Shown: in pieces, positions 36,063 to 47,052 of the stretch
Layout of the letters: the number at the start of each line of letters is the position of its first letter
Numbering within the stretch: position 1 is the first letter of the stretch
Virus record (IMG/VR): IMGVR_UViG_3300027857_000016
Location: 15,999 to 79,998 of that record
Length of the DNA stretch: 64,000 nt
Direction: 5' to 3' (one strand)
From: a virus
The notes under the pieces: model-generated
Told to the model about the DNA's origin: nothing
Databases searched by the model: none
The model's input: only the letters and a program-made list of their open reading frames with translations
Program-made: the position numbers and the translations under genes

Positions 36063-36506
36063 ATGAGCTTTGGCACAACACCAACCTCGACCACCCCTTT
36101 AACAACCAACCAATTTCCTGTGTCTGCCGTGTATATCCCTGGCACCAGTGGAAGCAACTTGACGGCCTTGCAGGGTGGTCCTGCATCAACAGACGGGTTA
36201 GGGAATGTTTCAGCACCTGTCGTGGTGGTCTTTGGTGGAACGGCTACCTTTCCTGTGCCGTCCAATAGCGGTGTTACCGTGGTAAGAAACAGTGCAGGGC
36301 GTCTTGCGACGGTGATCGTGACCACCAGCGGACCAGCACAACTCAACATCTACGACAATGCGAGTCAGGCAAGCGGAACGATCATCGGGGCGATACCGGC
36401 CAATGCGGCGGTTGGATCGGTCTACGCATTTAACAGTCCTGCCGCCCTTGGGATTGTGGCGAACTCGGTGGCATCCTGCTGTAGCGTCACTATTTGCTAT
36501 TACTAA
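36063..36506 (+). CDS. Virion decoration paralog
   Basis: GRLATVIV..IYDNASQASG domain. Confidence 0.7.
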   Translation: MSFGTTPTSTTPLTTNQFPVSAVYIPGTSGSNLTALQGGPASTDGLGNVSAPVVVVFGGTATFPVPSNSGVTVVRNSAGRLATVIVTTSGPAQLNIYDNASQASGTIIGAIPANAAVGSVYAFNSPAALGIVANSVASCCSVTICYY

Positions 36507-36533
36507 GGTATGTGAGGGGGAGAGGGAAGAGCG

Positions 36534-37784
36534 ATGTCAACTGTCAATGTAGGCAACTCAACAAGTAATCCGGTTCCAGTGAACGTCAATGCCGCGTTGC
36601 CCGCTGGCGGCAATACCATCGGCAACGTCAATATCCAGGCCAGCGGATCTGCTGTCTCGCTTGGTCAGGCAGTCATGGCCTCCTCGCTTCCTGTGGTCAT
36701 TGCGAGCAACCAAAGCAATCTCCCCACGAATTTTGTACAAGTTGCCGGTTCCGCCATTGCCACTGCTGCGACCGGGATCATCAAAGTTGGTCTCACGGAT
36801 GGCACAGGCAATGCTATCACGAGCACCTCTAGCGCCATCGATGTCAACATCAAGAGTGGCGGCGGGTCAGGTTTTTCCGTCGTCGATGAAGTGGCATGGA
36901 CAGCAGGCACTTCTGCGCTGGTGCCAACTGGTGGCGTCTTCAATGATTCCGCTGCTGCGTTGACTTCTGGTCAGGAAGGTACCATCAGGGTCACGAATAA
37001 CCGCGCCATTCATGTCAATCTCCGTGACGCAAGTGCCAACCAACTGCTCGGATCGAAGACCTCTGCCAACTCTCTCCCGGTGGTAATTGCATCAGACCAG
37101 GCAGGACCCTTGCCTGTTGCGGGTATGGTGGCATCCGGTGCCTCCAATGCCAATAACCCGGTCAAGATCGGTGGAGCATTTAACACCACGCAGCCGACCG
37201 TCACAACCGGGCAGGCGGTCGATGCGCAATATTCAGCGCGTGGCGCAGCCATCGTGACGACCGGCGTAGATACCTTCAACGTCACCATCAACGCAGCACT
37301 TCCAGCAGGTGGAAATACGATTGGTGCAGTCACACAGGCCAGCGGTCCCTGGACCTCCAATATTACCCAAGTAGGCGGTTCCTCTTTAGCTCTCGGGCAG
37401 ACGACCATGTCTGCAAGTGTTCCGGTGACGTTTGCTAGCAACCAGAGTTCGCTTGGCGTCACGCTTCCATCCAATAACACGACCATGATTGGCGTCATCA
37501 GTCCTGGAGGTATCTCCACATCAGCCATTGCAGCGGCAGCAACGAACACGGTGGTCAAGAGTGGTGCAGGACGATTATGTCGTGTCATGATCACGACCTC
37601 GGGCACTGCGGCACTCACGTTTTACGACAATGCCACAGGTGGAAGTACCACTGGAAACATCCTGGGTGTTGTTCCTGCTAATGCAGCAGCTGGGTCCGTC
37701 TATGATTTCCAATTTATCGCATCTACAGGCATTCAGGCACCGGGCGGTGCAAGTACGCCTGCCGTTACCGTTGGATATATCTAA
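36534..37784 (+). CDS. Fibre-like virion protein
   Basis: LPAGGNTIG and SLPVVIAS.Q repeats; shared C-terminal domain. Confidence 0.75.
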   Translation: MSTVNVGNSTSNPVPVNVNAALPAGGNTIGNVNIQASGSAVSLGQAVMASSLPVVIASNQSNLPTNFVQVAGSAIATAATGIIKVGLTDGTGNAITSTSSAIDVNIKSGGGSGFSVVDEVAWTAGTSALVPTGGVFNDSAAALTSGQEGTIRVTNNRAIHVNLRDASANQLLGSKTSANSLPVVIASDQAGPLPVAGMVASGASNANNPVKIGGAFNTTQPTVTTGQAVDAQYSARGAAIVTTGVDTFNVTINAALPAGGNTIGAVTQASGPWTSNITQVGGSSLALGQTTMSASVPVTFASNQSSLGVTLPSNNTTMIGVISPGGISTSAIAAAATNTVVKSGAGRLCRVMITTSGTAALTFYDNATGGSTTGNILGVVPANAAAGSVYDFQFIASTGIQAPGGASTPAVTVGYI

Positions 37785-37799
37785 TCATGAAAGCGTTGT

Positions 37800-39629
37800 A
37801 TGTCTACTGTTAATATTGGGTCTTCTCTTCCAGCAGGAAGTAATACCATTGGAAATGTGAAGATTGTTGACGTAGCCGGAACAAACCAGGCTGCGGTAGA
37901 TGCCAACAACAATCTACATATTGCCGTGTACAACGCTGCGAACTCAATGGCGGTGGACTCCTCGAATAATGCCCATGTCGCTCTTTTCAATATAGGTAAC
38001 CAGCTTGCTATCAATGCATCCGGTGCTCTCTCTGACAACATTACACAAGTAGGAGGAGTATCGCTTGCACTTGGGCAGATTACCATGTCTGCTTCCCTCC
38101 CTGTTGCCATCGCGTCTGATCAGACGCCGCTCAACGTGGTGAGTGTCGGGAGTTCCATAACAACACTGAATGGACCTGCATCAACGGACAATTATCAAGC
38201 GACCGTCTTTGCGCCTGGAGAGTTGCGGGTGAGCATGGAGCCAACACAACTCTTTCTGGATTCCTTTGATACAGGACTAGATACCGTGAATCGATGGAAA
38301 ACGCCAACATGGGGACGAGGAGGTATTGCCGCCCTCAATGAGGCGACGGATACGAGGCTCGGAACGGGAACGCTCGCAAATGGATGGAGTTGTCTGGAAA
38401 GTCAGCCGACATTTGGACCAGCGAATCCGGGATGGCTTCAAATCACGTATGGGAATAACGTTCCCTATCCCTACATCCCGAATACCTATTTTTTCTGGGG
38501 AACAGGAACCTCTCCCGCTATCCCCACTGCCTTTGCTCCACTGGTCGATGCCGCAGGGTTTGAGATAGCCATTGGTGGTAGGCTCTTTGCTGTCATGTAT
38601 CAGGGAGGTGTCAGGCAGCAAATCGCGGACCTCTCACAAGCTACAGGAACAAGAAAACAACCACAGGATGCTGGTGTCCACTACTATCACATGTTTTATC
38701 GAGGTGATCATACCTATTGGTGCATCGACAGTCTGGATAACGTAGTCGCACAAACCTTTACAGGCGCACCAGGCCCAAATCTCAATACGCTTCCATTAAA
38801 AATGATGGCCGCAGCAGGGGCGGGTGCTCCTCCCACCAACGGACAACTGATTTGCAATACCGTCCACGTGAGCGATACCGCACGCAACAATGTGCAACTT
38901 TCTGATGGAGTCTGCCCGTGGAGGCAAGCAACCATCGATGTCAATGGGAACCTTTCTGTCAAAGCATCAGCAACTGCCTTTATTTCCACGACTCTACAAA
39001 GCAGTGCAAGCGCGAACAGTAACGGAGCGACACTCTCTGTCCTTGGCATGGGTACGGTGACTTTTACTGTCACGGGTACCTATCAAGGAACCGTGAATTT
39101 CGAGGGCAGTGAAGATGGGGTCAATTTTTATGGGCTTCAGGCCACACAACTGGGCACCAATGTCTTTGGGATGAGTACGGCAACCACAGGCATCTTCCAG
39201 GCGTCGTGTGCGGGACTCCAAACCATTCGATCGCGTATCAGCGGGTATGCCACTGGGCAAATCACCGTTACTGCTCATGCCATTCCCTCCCCATTTTCAA
39301 CACCAGTGGTCACGCTGAGTGGTGCGGGCGGAAAACTGGCCCTCTCGGCCAGTAGTCTAACGGTCAATGCCGATAATCCTATTACATTTGCTGGAGCAAG
39401 TACAGTCGCACGGCGTGTCCGAATACAAAACGAGTCAGGCGGCACAGTCTACTGGGATGCCGATGTGACTGCCACTATTGGCAGTCCGAGCCTCCCGTCG
39501 CCTAGCGCAAACTCAGTGATGGTGGAGTGGGTCAACATTCCCATGACCACTCTCCACGTATTTGTCCCGTCAGGAGGCACAGCAGTGCTCAATGGCACAG
39601 GCGGCGTCAAAGTGAGTGCATGGGCCTAG
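37800..39629 (+). CDS. Fibre-like virion protein
   Basis: Shares N-terminal repeats with 36534. Confidence 0.75.
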   Translation: MSTVNIGSSLPAGSNTIGNVKIVDVAGTNQAAVDANNNLHIAVYNAANSMAVDSSNNAHVALFNIGNQLAINASGALSDNITQVGGVSLALGQITMSASLPVAIASDQTPLNVVSVGSSITTLNGPASTDNYQATVFAPGELRVSMEPTQLFLDSFDTGLDTVNRWKTPTWGRGGIAALNEATDTRLGTGTLANGWSCLESQPTFGPANPGWLQITYGNNVPYPYIPNTYFFWGTGTSPAIPTAFAPLVDAAGFEIAIGGRLFAVMYQGGVRQQIADLSQATGTRKQPQDAGVHYYHMFYRGDHTYWCIDSLDNVVAQTFTGAPGPNLNTLPLKMMAAAGAGAPPTNGQLICNTVHVSDTARNNVQLSDGVCPWRQATIDVNGNLSVKASATAFISTTLQSSASANSNGATLSVLGMGTVTFTVTGTYQGTVNFEGSEDGVNFYGLQATQLGTNVFGMSTATTGIFQASCAGLQTIRSRISGYATGQITVTAHAIPSPFSTPVVTLSGAGGKLALSASSLTVNADNPITFAGASTVARRVRIQNESGGTVYWDADVTATIGSPSLPSPSANSVMVEWVNIPMTTLHVFVPSGGTAVLNGTGGVKVSAWA

Positions 39630-39648
39630 CCCTGGAGAGAAAAGAGAA

Positions 39649-42642
39649 ATGCCTTTTACGATTGCAACAACAAACAATGCCCAAGGGACTTCGTACCCGC
39701 AGAACTCAACAGTATCAATTGATGGGAGTGCGACTGCATCTATTTTCTGGTACGACGGAGCACAGATGAACTTTTCTACTGCTTCTCCGCCCTATAGTGC
39801 TTGGTCACATCAGGCGACACTTGAAGCAGGATCATCCCCTGCACTTTCAAGCTTCCCTACAACGCCTGGGCACATTTTGGATGTTGGCGTAATCACTGGG
39901 GTGGGTGTGCAGTGGCACTTCTATCTCAACAACGCAATCAGCCAGAGCGCTAGCGTGGTGAGTGATTCTGCATACACAACGGCAACTCAATCAGCCCAGC
40001 ACTATCGTGATATCCATACCCGCTATTGGGCCGTCGTATCTGATCACACTGGGGGCAGTGTCGAGGTGTATGAAGCGACGACGCCTGGGACGTCGAACTG
40101 GACTGTCAGTTTCAGTGCCAGCGGTGTTACTGCCACGACTTCTCCCGTTGCGGCCATCTGTGGAAACTTCCTGGTCGTGGCGTATCAGACGGCACCGACT
40201 ACTTTTACCTATGTCCGTATTGATGTCTCTGTGTCAACGCTTGGAAGTTGGAGCACGCCAAAAACGTTCTCCCTTGCCGCATCGACTGCTTCCTCGACCT
40301 TCTGCTTGCGTGGCAACCCATCGGGCAAGGGTATGTTTGTCTACAACGGAACCGCTGGTATTGCGGCGCTCTCCTATGATCCTGTGTCGGATACCTGGGG
40401 GACGGAAACGGCGCTTACCTCCAACGGCAGTGATACGCAACCGACACTCGCGACGGTTGGCTCCAACTTTTATGCGGTCTGGTGCAGTTATGTTAGTGTG
40501 AACAACTACTCCATCGACTTCAACGTCTGGCGAGGAGGAACGCAGACGTGGGATATCGATAAGATCAATCTAGTGCCAGCAGGAGCAAACAATCATTTTC
40601 CACAGGTTGCCTATGGCTCAAATATCATCGGAGTGGCCTACACGGTGGGAACTGCTGCCCCATACAGCATCAATTTTGAGATAGCACTTGCAGACGGAGG
40701 ACTTATCCCACTCTCGCTATATGGCATTAACACTTCTTCTGTCACTCTTTCGACAGCATCTACACTTGCCACACAAACAGGTGGAACGGCGACGGCAACT
40801 CCCATTACTAGCGCTCCGAGTAGTGGGACAAGTCTCTATATGGAAGCGCTCTCGCAAGGTGGCACGGGCAGCACAAGCGCATCCCTTCCAGCGCAAAGCG
40901 GCAAAGGGTGGCTCTACGAATCAACAGTCTTGGAAAACAGGAAAATCCCCGCAGGAAACTGGTCAGCCTTCGTAACCGTCGAGAATGGGTCTCGTATCAA
41001 CGGTCAGACGCTTTCTAGTATGACTATTCGGTTCTCTGTGCGCTCGTCATCTGGCGTCTACACGACCATCGGAACTATTGCGCTCACCAATCCTTTCGTC
41101 CCGCACAGTCTTCAGGTGTTCTCATTTCCGGCTACGGCAATGCCAGGTGTGTCCTTTGGTGCTGGGGATAAGCTCTACATAGACTATTTCTATCAAAGCG
41201 GGACTGGTGCCAATGCATGGGCGAGCGATGCGATGGCAATCACAATGACCTTTGATTATGCACTCGGAATGAGTAATAATCTCCAGGTCGCCACACCTGG
41301 GTATGAAGCAGACCCTCCGCTTACTGTATACGGGAGTGCCGCTGCGTCTACCACACTTATAACAGCGGATAAGCTAGCCACAACTCTGGGTGGAACAGAA
41401 ACTTCTTCACGGACAACGGCTCCGGCCAGTGGTACAAGTCTTTGGATGGAGGCGCTCAGTCAGGGAGGAACAGGCACAACCAACGCCAGTATTCCTGCGC
41501 AAAGCGGGAACGGATGGCTCCTCGACTCAGCCCTGCTTGAAAATCAGTCCATGAACTCAGGGAACTGGTCAGCCTCCGTCGCGGTGCGGGACTTTACACG
41601 ATCTCTTACGCTCGGAAATATGACTATTCGCTTCTCTAAGCGCTCTTCTGGAGGAGTCTACACCACCATCGGGTCTTTAACACTTGCCAGTCCCGCTGTC
41701 ACAACATCCAGATCTGTGTTTGCATTTAGCGCCACGGCTCTCTCAGGGGTCTCATTCGTGACTGGGGATAAGTTATACCTGGACTTCTTCTACCAATCAT
41801 CTGGAACGGCCGGATGGGCCAGTGATGCGATGGACATTTTTATCACGACGGCAAGTACAGCAGGTCTGGCCTCTGACTTGCAGGCAGCCACCCCTGGATA
41901 TACTGCAACACCGAATTATTATGCAACCGTGCTGCGAGATAATCCTATCCGTCTGTACAAACTCAACGAGACAAGCGGAACATCTGTCACGGATTACGGG
42001 TCGCAGGCGCAAAATGGCACCCTTCACGGCACGGTCACCCTCAATCAAGCGAGCATGATCCCCTCAAACGCAGCAGACGGTTCCATGCTCTTTGATGGTA
42101 CGACCGGATACATGCAAGCTGCAACGACAGGGCTTCCAACAGGTGCTCAGGTCTGGAGCATGGAGGGGTGGATTACGATGCCAACGGTGCCTGCAACGGG
42201 CATCCACATTATGGCTGAGTGGGGAACCAATACCTCCAATGAGGCGGCGGCTATTGGCATCTTTACGGGGGTCATCCGCTTAAATACCTACTCCGCCAAT
42301 AACATTCTCGGCCCAACTGCCGTGAATGGAACAACCTATTATATTGTTGGCACGTACGATGGCACGAACCTGCGCCTTTATGTGAACGGTGCCCTGCAAG
42401 GATCGCCGCTTGCAGCAACGCCTGCAATTGCGCTGACCTATTGCTACATTGGAACGGAGGATAATGCGGCGGATGACTTCTTCAGCGGGAAAATTCAGGG
42501 GGTTGCTTTCTACAATACTGTCCTAAGCGCTACTCAAGTCTCTACCCACTACAATGCGGGTATCACGATATTTTCTCCGCAAGGGGCCATTGCCTCCCCT
42601 GAATTGAAAGCAGGAGTCATCACAGGAGGGATTAATAGTTAA
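39649..42642 (+). CDS. Large adhesin: propeller-like N-terminus, two repeated domains, LamG/ConA C-terminus
   Basis: YYATVLRDNPIRLYKLNETSG..WSMEGW..TYDGTNLRLYVNG..FSGKIQGVAFYN. Confidence 0.85.
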   Translation: MPFTIATTNNAQGTSYPQNSTVSIDGSATASIFWYDGAQMNFSTASPPYSAWSHQATLEAGSSPALSSFPTTPGHILDVGVITGVGVQWHFYLNNAISQSASVVSDSAYTTATQSAQHYRDIHTRYWAVVSDHTGGSVEVYEATTPGTSNWTVSFSASGVTATTSPVAAICGNFLVVAYQTAPTTFTYVRIDVSVSTLGSWSTPKTFSLAASTASSTFCLRGNPSGKGMFVYNGTAGIAALSYDPVSDTWGTETALTSNGSDTQPTLATVGSNFYAVWCSYVSVNNYSIDFNVWRGGTQTWDIDKINLVPAGANNHFPQVAYGSNIIGVAYTVGTAAPYSINFEIALADGGLIPLSLYGINTSSVTLSTASTLATQTGGTATATPITSAPSSGTSLYMEALSQGGTGSTSASLPAQSGKGWLYESTVLENRKIPAGNWSAFVTVENGSRINGQTLSSMTIRFSVRSSSGVYTTIGTIALTNPFVPHSLQVFSFPATAMPGVSFGAGDKLYIDYFYQSGTGANAWASDAMAITMTFDYALGMSNNLQVATPGYEADPPLTVYGSAAASTTLITADKLATTLGGTETSSRTTAPASGTSLWMEALSQGGTGTTNASIPAQSGNGWLLDSALLENQSMNSGNWSASVAVRDFTRSLTLGNMTIRFSKRSSGGVYTTIGSLTLASPAVTTSRSVFAFSATALSGVSFVTGDKLYLDFFYQSSGTAGWASDAMDIFITTASTAGLASDLQAATPGYTATPNYYATVLRDNPIRLYKLNETSGTSVTDYGSQAQNGTLHGTVTLNQASMIPSNAADGSMLFDGTTGYMQAATTGLPTGAQVWSMEGWITMPTVPATGIHIMAEWGTNTSNEAAAIGIFTGVIRLNTYSANNILGPTAVNGTTYYIVGTYDGTNLRLYVNGALQGSPLAATPAIALTYCYIGTEDNAADDFFSGKIQGVAFYNTVLSATQVSTHYNAGITIFSPQGAIASPELKAGVITGGINS

Positions 42643-42884
42643 TGCCTGTACTCACCATTCCCCGCACATTTGGGGGAACCCTTTTGATCACCCTGGCAGG
42701 GCCAACGAGCCAGATGGCATCTCTGGCAATTACGGCACTGTTCCGTGATGGTCAAATGGGAGGTGTATGGCGTGATGGTGAAGTTTCATCGCTTGGGCGT
42801 GATGGACAGGTTCAGGCGAGATCTCGTGACGGTGAAGTGTCTTCAGCCGGGCGTGATGGGGTGATTGTGATGGGAGGGAGGTAG
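42642..42884 (+). CDS. Small protein with five 9-aa RDG repeats
   Basis: RDGQMGGVW RDGEVSSLG RDGQVQARS RDGEVSSAG RDG. Confidence 0.65.
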   Translation: MPVLTIPRTFGGTLLITLAGPTSQMASLAITALFRDGQMGGVWRDGEVSSLGRDGQVQARSRDGEVSSAGRDGVIVMGGR

Positions 42885-42887
42885 CAC

Positions 42888-43208
42888 GTGCCAATTAGCC
42901 CGTGGGCGCTTGGGCAACTCAGTCCTGTTTGGACCATCGTCATGGCAAGAGACAGCAAACCAATGGATCTCACGGGTGTGACCACGAATCAATTGAGTTT
43001 GCTCATCTATAACGCCAATCATGTGCAGATAGGTACGGGAGCAGGCACCTTTGTGATTGTTGATGTCAATCCAGGGGTCGTGACATATCAATTGGTTTCT
43101 GCTGACCTTCCGCTCACGACTGGCACCTATTACTTACGTGTGAAGATCAACTTTAATAATGTCTCGCCTGACATGAGCGATTACATCAACTGGGTCATCC
43201 AGGCGTGA
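42888..43208 (+). CDS. BppU N-terminal-like adaptor
   Basis: PMDLTG..GVVTYQLVSADL..GTYYLRVKINF. Confidence 0.65.
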   Translation: MPISPWALGQLSPVWTIVMARDSKPMDLTGVTTNQLSLLIYNANHVQIGTGAGTFVIVDVNPGVVTYQLVSADLPLTTGTYYLRVKINFNNVSPDMSDYINWVIQA

Positions 43209-43235
43209 GGAATAGAGGAGAAAGGTGGTGAGTGT

Positions 43236-43658
43236 ATGGCGGATGGACTAATCAATGTTGCTTTTGATGCAGCGTCACTTGGGATCATTGACCATCTCGG
43301 TCAGTTCGGAACATTTCTTGAACCTGAGATAGCGTCAGCTATGACCAAGATTGGCGATCTATTAGTGGCTGCGGCCGAGGCAAACACATGGACCGCCTTC
43401 CAAAATCCCACGGGGCATCTCGCCTCTCAAATTGCCGCACAACTCCAAGGTCCGCTAGAAGTGATTATCACGGTAGATGTTCCCTATGCCTGGAGGCTGG
43501 AGGAGGGCTTCCACGGGGCTGATTCTCTAGGGCGTGTCTACGACGAAGTTGCTGAACCGTACGCCATGCCCGCATTGATGGCAAACGAAGATGAGATTAT
43601 GGTAATCGTGGGGCTTGCTACTGCTGAAGCGTTTGCTTCGATGGGTGGGGGGGTGTAG
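43236..43658 (+). CDS. HK97 gp10-like tail completion protein
   Basis: TGHLASQI..VPYAWRLEEG..PYAMPAL. Confidence 0.8.
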   Translation: MADGLINVAFDAASLGIIDHLGQFGTFLEPEIASAMTKIGDLLVAAAEANTWTAFQNPTGHLASQIAAQLQGPLEVIITVDVPYAWRLEEGFHGADSLGRVYDEVAEPYAMPALMANEDEIMVIVGLATAEAFASMGGGV

Positions 43659-43659
43659 A

Positions 43660-44154
43660 GTGCCAGCACCGAATCAGCCTTCAACGATTGCGGTTGCTCA
43701 GGCAATAGCAGGTTTTGCACAGTCCCTTGTCTATCCTTCAGGGATCTTGGTGTATAGCATCGTTTCACTGGGTGAGCAAAAGGACATTACCACAAATGTA
43801 GCAGGAGGAAATGCGTGCTTGGAGGTCTATGCAAACAAGGATGATTCACAACGGCATGCCTTCGGAGGCAAAATTTGGGATGAGCAGACATGGTTTCTGC
43901 TCTCCCTTGTCGGGCTGGACAATGCACAAGCAGCAGAGACCTTGATCTATGCCGTACGTGATGCGCTTGTTCAACCATTTCAGACCCATGCAACCCTCGG
44001 AAATGCAGGCAGCGTCTTTCACGCGCAACTCAAGCCGGGAACAGGAAGGTTCCTCAAAGTACTGCGAAATGGGCAATGGCTGCGAGCACATTTAGTCGAG
44101 GTGATGTCACGTTCAGAATGGTTTGTTATAACACCACCGGGAATAACAGCATGA
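43660..44154 (+). CDS. Probable tail terminator
   Basis: Position between gp10-like gene and tail tube. Confidence 0.6.
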   Translation: MPAPNQPSTIAVAQAIAGFAQSLVYPSGILVYSIVSLGEQKDITTNVAGGNACLEVYANKDDSQRHAFGGKIWDEQTWFLLSLVGLDNAQAAETLIYAVRDALVQPFQTHATLGNAGSVFHAQLKPGTGRFLKVLRNGQWLRAHLVEVMSRSEWFVITPPGITA

Positions 44155-44450
44155 GTATACAAACATATAGTTTTTATGGGTCAAGTGGTGTGATCCCTGG
44201 CGTCCCTGGACAATTCAGTGCAGGAACATGGGTCACGATTGATACGACAACCATGCAGATTACTGCCCAGGGGTTTCTGGCACCCATCTTCTCACCATCG
44301 GTGAGTGATGTGGATGAGACCTTTATGGACTATGGCGAGGCTGGTGTTATTCCAGAGGTCGCCAATCAACCCATAGATGCAGGGCAGATTGAGGTGGTTG
44401 ACGCAACCACAGATACGGTGGTCAGTGATCACTTTTTGCCATCATCATAG
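44151..44450 (+). CDS. Hypothetical protein
   Basis: ATGA coupling. Confidence 0.55.
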   Translation: MSIQTYSFYGSSGVIPGVPGQFSAGTWVTIDTTTMQITAQGFLAPIFSPSVSDVDETFMDYGEAGVIPEVANQPIDAGQIEVVDATTDTVVSDHFLPSS

Positions 44451-44533
44451 AGACATGTTGTCTTTTATTCTGTTCATAGTGTGAAGGCTACCTCTTGTGA
44501 GGTGGTGGGAGATGGAAGGGAGAACATAAGAGT

Positions 44534-46135
44534 ATGCCTATTTCGGCCACCGCTGCACGCGGAATCGTTGATATTATGCTAGAGGCGAATAACGGTGAAC
44601 AGTTATTACTTGCCTCTACTCCGGTTATTGCAACAATAACCGGCATCACTGCTCCTAGTGGTAGTACGGGTATGAGATTTCACATACGCATTACCAATTG
44701 GACGGCTTCTGGGACCGTGACGATTACTGGCACTGGCACACCAGGCAACACGGAGACCTACAACATTGCCGCTCCAACTGCTCAACAGACCCAGAGTGCG
44801 CAGTTAGCAAGCAATGAGTATGTCAGTGTGAATGCCTACACGGCAATCACGAATATTACCACCACTGGACTCACCAACGGCACTATCACTGTGTATGGTA
44901 TTTACGCTGGCAAGTTTACCGTGCCTTCCATCATGACCTCCAACCGTGTGGTGAAAGTCTATAGCCCGAACGAGCACAATAGTTTCCTGGAGCGTGACAA
45001 GAAGATCCTTCACCTTGTGAACAACACGACTGTTGATCTCAAGCAAGACGTCTACGCGGATTTGAGCTTGTGGTGGCCCTACATGATGATGGGGGCACCT
45101 ACCATCACGACGTTGCCATCCACACCCACGTCGCTCTTTGCTGCTGCTGCCATCTCGGCAACCCAGTCTCTGACGACACAGCCAACGGCACCGGGCATGA
45201 AGCTCATCTTTACCATTACTGCCTTTACCGTTGCAGGAACATTGACCATTGCCGGGACATCCTATGGTCAAGCAGTGACCGAAACAATTTCCATCACTGC
45301 TGCCGGTACCTACTACTCTAGCAATGTCTATTCTGCGGTGAATGCTTCTGGTATTACCAACGCCACGACGGCTGCGACGATGGCGATAACTGGCGTCTAT
45401 GGCTGGCAGTTGGTCTTCTTATCAGGCGGCAACCTCTATAGTGCAGCGATTGAGTGGTACGACGGTGCAGGCTCATGGACGCATCCATTCTCCTTCGCCA
45501 CTGAGGGCGATTTCGATATCAAGGTCCAGACGGAGGCGACCCTGACCCTCAAAGGCAAGGCACAAGACAAATTGCCAATTGGCGATAGAACGACGACCCC
45601 ACTTACGGGCGTGAATCGTATCGCCTCCATCGGTGCCAACCTCAACGATGAGCCAATTGTGGGATGGCAAAGTGCTGTGTATCTTGACCCTATTACGGGC
45701 ACGTCGCAAACGACCGCCTTTATACACTGCGAGGAGTTAAAGGTCGCCCTCAAGGTGCCGCAAGAAGATCATTTTACCTTTACGAATAGCCAGAACTACA
45801 ACAGGGCCTATGCCGTCAAGCGGGAATGCACCTGTGAGGCCGTCCTCGATTTCATCGATATGCTGCAGTGGGAACAATTCAGGCAAAACCTCAAGCAGTA
45901 CCTCGCCTTCCAGTTTTTGGGTCAGTACATCGGGACCACGGGTGGGTCAGCGCAATTCAAAAGTTGGACTTGGACGCTTCCTGTCCGAAGTGATGGGCAA
46001 TTCGATGTGACCTCTGATCCAGCAAAGGGCAACGTGCAAGCCAAGGCGATGTTTAGGACGGAATATGATTCGTCACTGGGGGGGAGCTACAAACTCGTGG
46101 TGGTTACACAACTTCCGCCTACCTACCCCGCGTGA
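44534..46135 (+). CDS. Major tail tube protein with two inserted domains
   Basis: Precedes chaperone and TMP; duplicated APxG.GM...IT..T..GT.TI.GT inserts. Confidence 0.8.
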   Translation: MPISATAARGIVDIMLEANNGEQLLLASTPVIATITGITAPSGSTGMRFHIRITNWTASGTVTITGTGTPGNTETYNIAAPTAQQTQSAQLASNEYVSVNAYTAITNITTTGLTNGTITVYGIYAGKFTVPSIMTSNRVVKVYSPNEHNSFLERDKKILHLVNNTTVDLKQDVYADLSLWWPYMMMGAPTITTLPSTPTSLFAAAAISATQSLTTQPTAPGMKLIFTITAFTVAGTLTIAGTSYGQAVTETISITAAGTYYSSNVYSAVNASGITNATTAATMAITGVYGWQLVFLSGGNLYSAAIEWYDGAGSWTHPFSFATEGDFDIKVQTEATLTLKGKAQDKLPIGDRTTTPLTGVNRIASIGANLNDEPIVGWQSAVYLDPITGTSQTTAFIHCEELKVALKVPQEDHFTFTNSQNYNRAYAVKRECTCEAVLDFIDMLQWEQFRQNLKQYLAFQFLGQYIGTTGGSAQFKSWTWTLPVRSDGQFDVTSDPAKGNVQAKAMFRTEYDSSLGGSYKLVVVTQLPPTYPA

Positions 46136-47052
46136 TCTGACCATAAAGTAGGAGCATCAGAAGGAGGTAATTTTTTTATGGCATTTCGCTTTTTGTGTGC
46201 TAAGGACATCTTAGCACGGGTTTCAGGCGAGGGTTTTCGCCCTCGACTAGCATTGCCTATGGCACGACAATGCTCTTCAGAAAGTTTCCTCCCTTTGAGC
46301 GAGGTGGACGTTTTTGCCCGTGTCTCATCTGACTTTTTCCGCCCTCTGCTTGCCTTAGCCATATTAGCACGGGCTTCAGCAGAAAAAGGTTTACGCTTTA
46401 CGCCTTTCTTTGCTTCAGATATGTTTTTGCATTCTTCCTGTGATTTCACACGTCCTTTATGGGCTTTTGAGATTTTAGCACGAGCTTCTAGTGAGGGCGT
46501 CACACCTTTCATGCCTGCTCGTATGTTTTCTTTCCATTCGGAAGAAAAAGGTGGGCGTTTTCGACCTTTTGTCGTAGCAGACATCTTAGCTTTGGTTTCA
46601 TCCGATAAATGCTTTCCCTTATTCGCTTCGGAAAGTCTTTGCGCTAAATCAGTTGTCGCGTACGCATTTCTCACGCTCGCAGAAATCTTTGCCCTGATCT
46701 CTGGTGTCAATGATTTCATTCCAATTCCACCCGGAGCTTCATTTGTGAGAGGTGCTCCTTGAGAACGGTAGTATTGAATCCAGTATTGCTCACGCTCTTG
46801 CCATTCATCGACAGAGACTTCATCGATGATATCCAGGAGTGGTTCCAATCCGAGCGATTTGAGATGTTTGACCCAGCGGCCTCTATGTGTCGCTTCTTCG
46901 CTATTCCTAATATGTACTCTCAATCGGTGCTGGGGATCATTCGACTTGCCCACGTATCGAACTTCGCGTGTGACAGGATCGCTAAGGATGTATATCCAGG
47001 TAGTTTGAGGGAGAGGGTTGTCCAATTGATCATGAGGTGGTACAGTGTCCAC
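46123..47052 (-). CDS. GIY-YIG homing endonuclease with NUMOD3 repeats
   Basis: WIYILSDP..RYVGKS..RLRVH..EQYWI..LTN; many GRK.S.ETRAKMS repeats; AGGAG RBS before GTG 47052; overlaps the tail tube stop. Confidence 0.9.
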   Translation of the reverse strand: MDTVPPHDQLDNPLPQTTWIYILSDPVTREVRYVGKSNDPQHRLRVHIRNSEEATHRGRWVKHLKSLGLEPLLDIIDEVSVDEWQEREQYWIQYYRSQGAPLTNEAPGGIGMKSLTPEIRAKISASVRNAYATTDLAQRLSEANKGKHLSDETKAKMSATTKGRKRPPFSSEWKENIRAGMKGVTPSLEARAKISKAHKGRVKSQEECKNISEAKKGVKRKPFSAEARANMAKASRGRKKSDETRAKTSTSLKGRKLSEEHCRAIGNASRGRKPSPETRAKMSLAHKKRNAIKKLPPSDAPTLWSDHAG

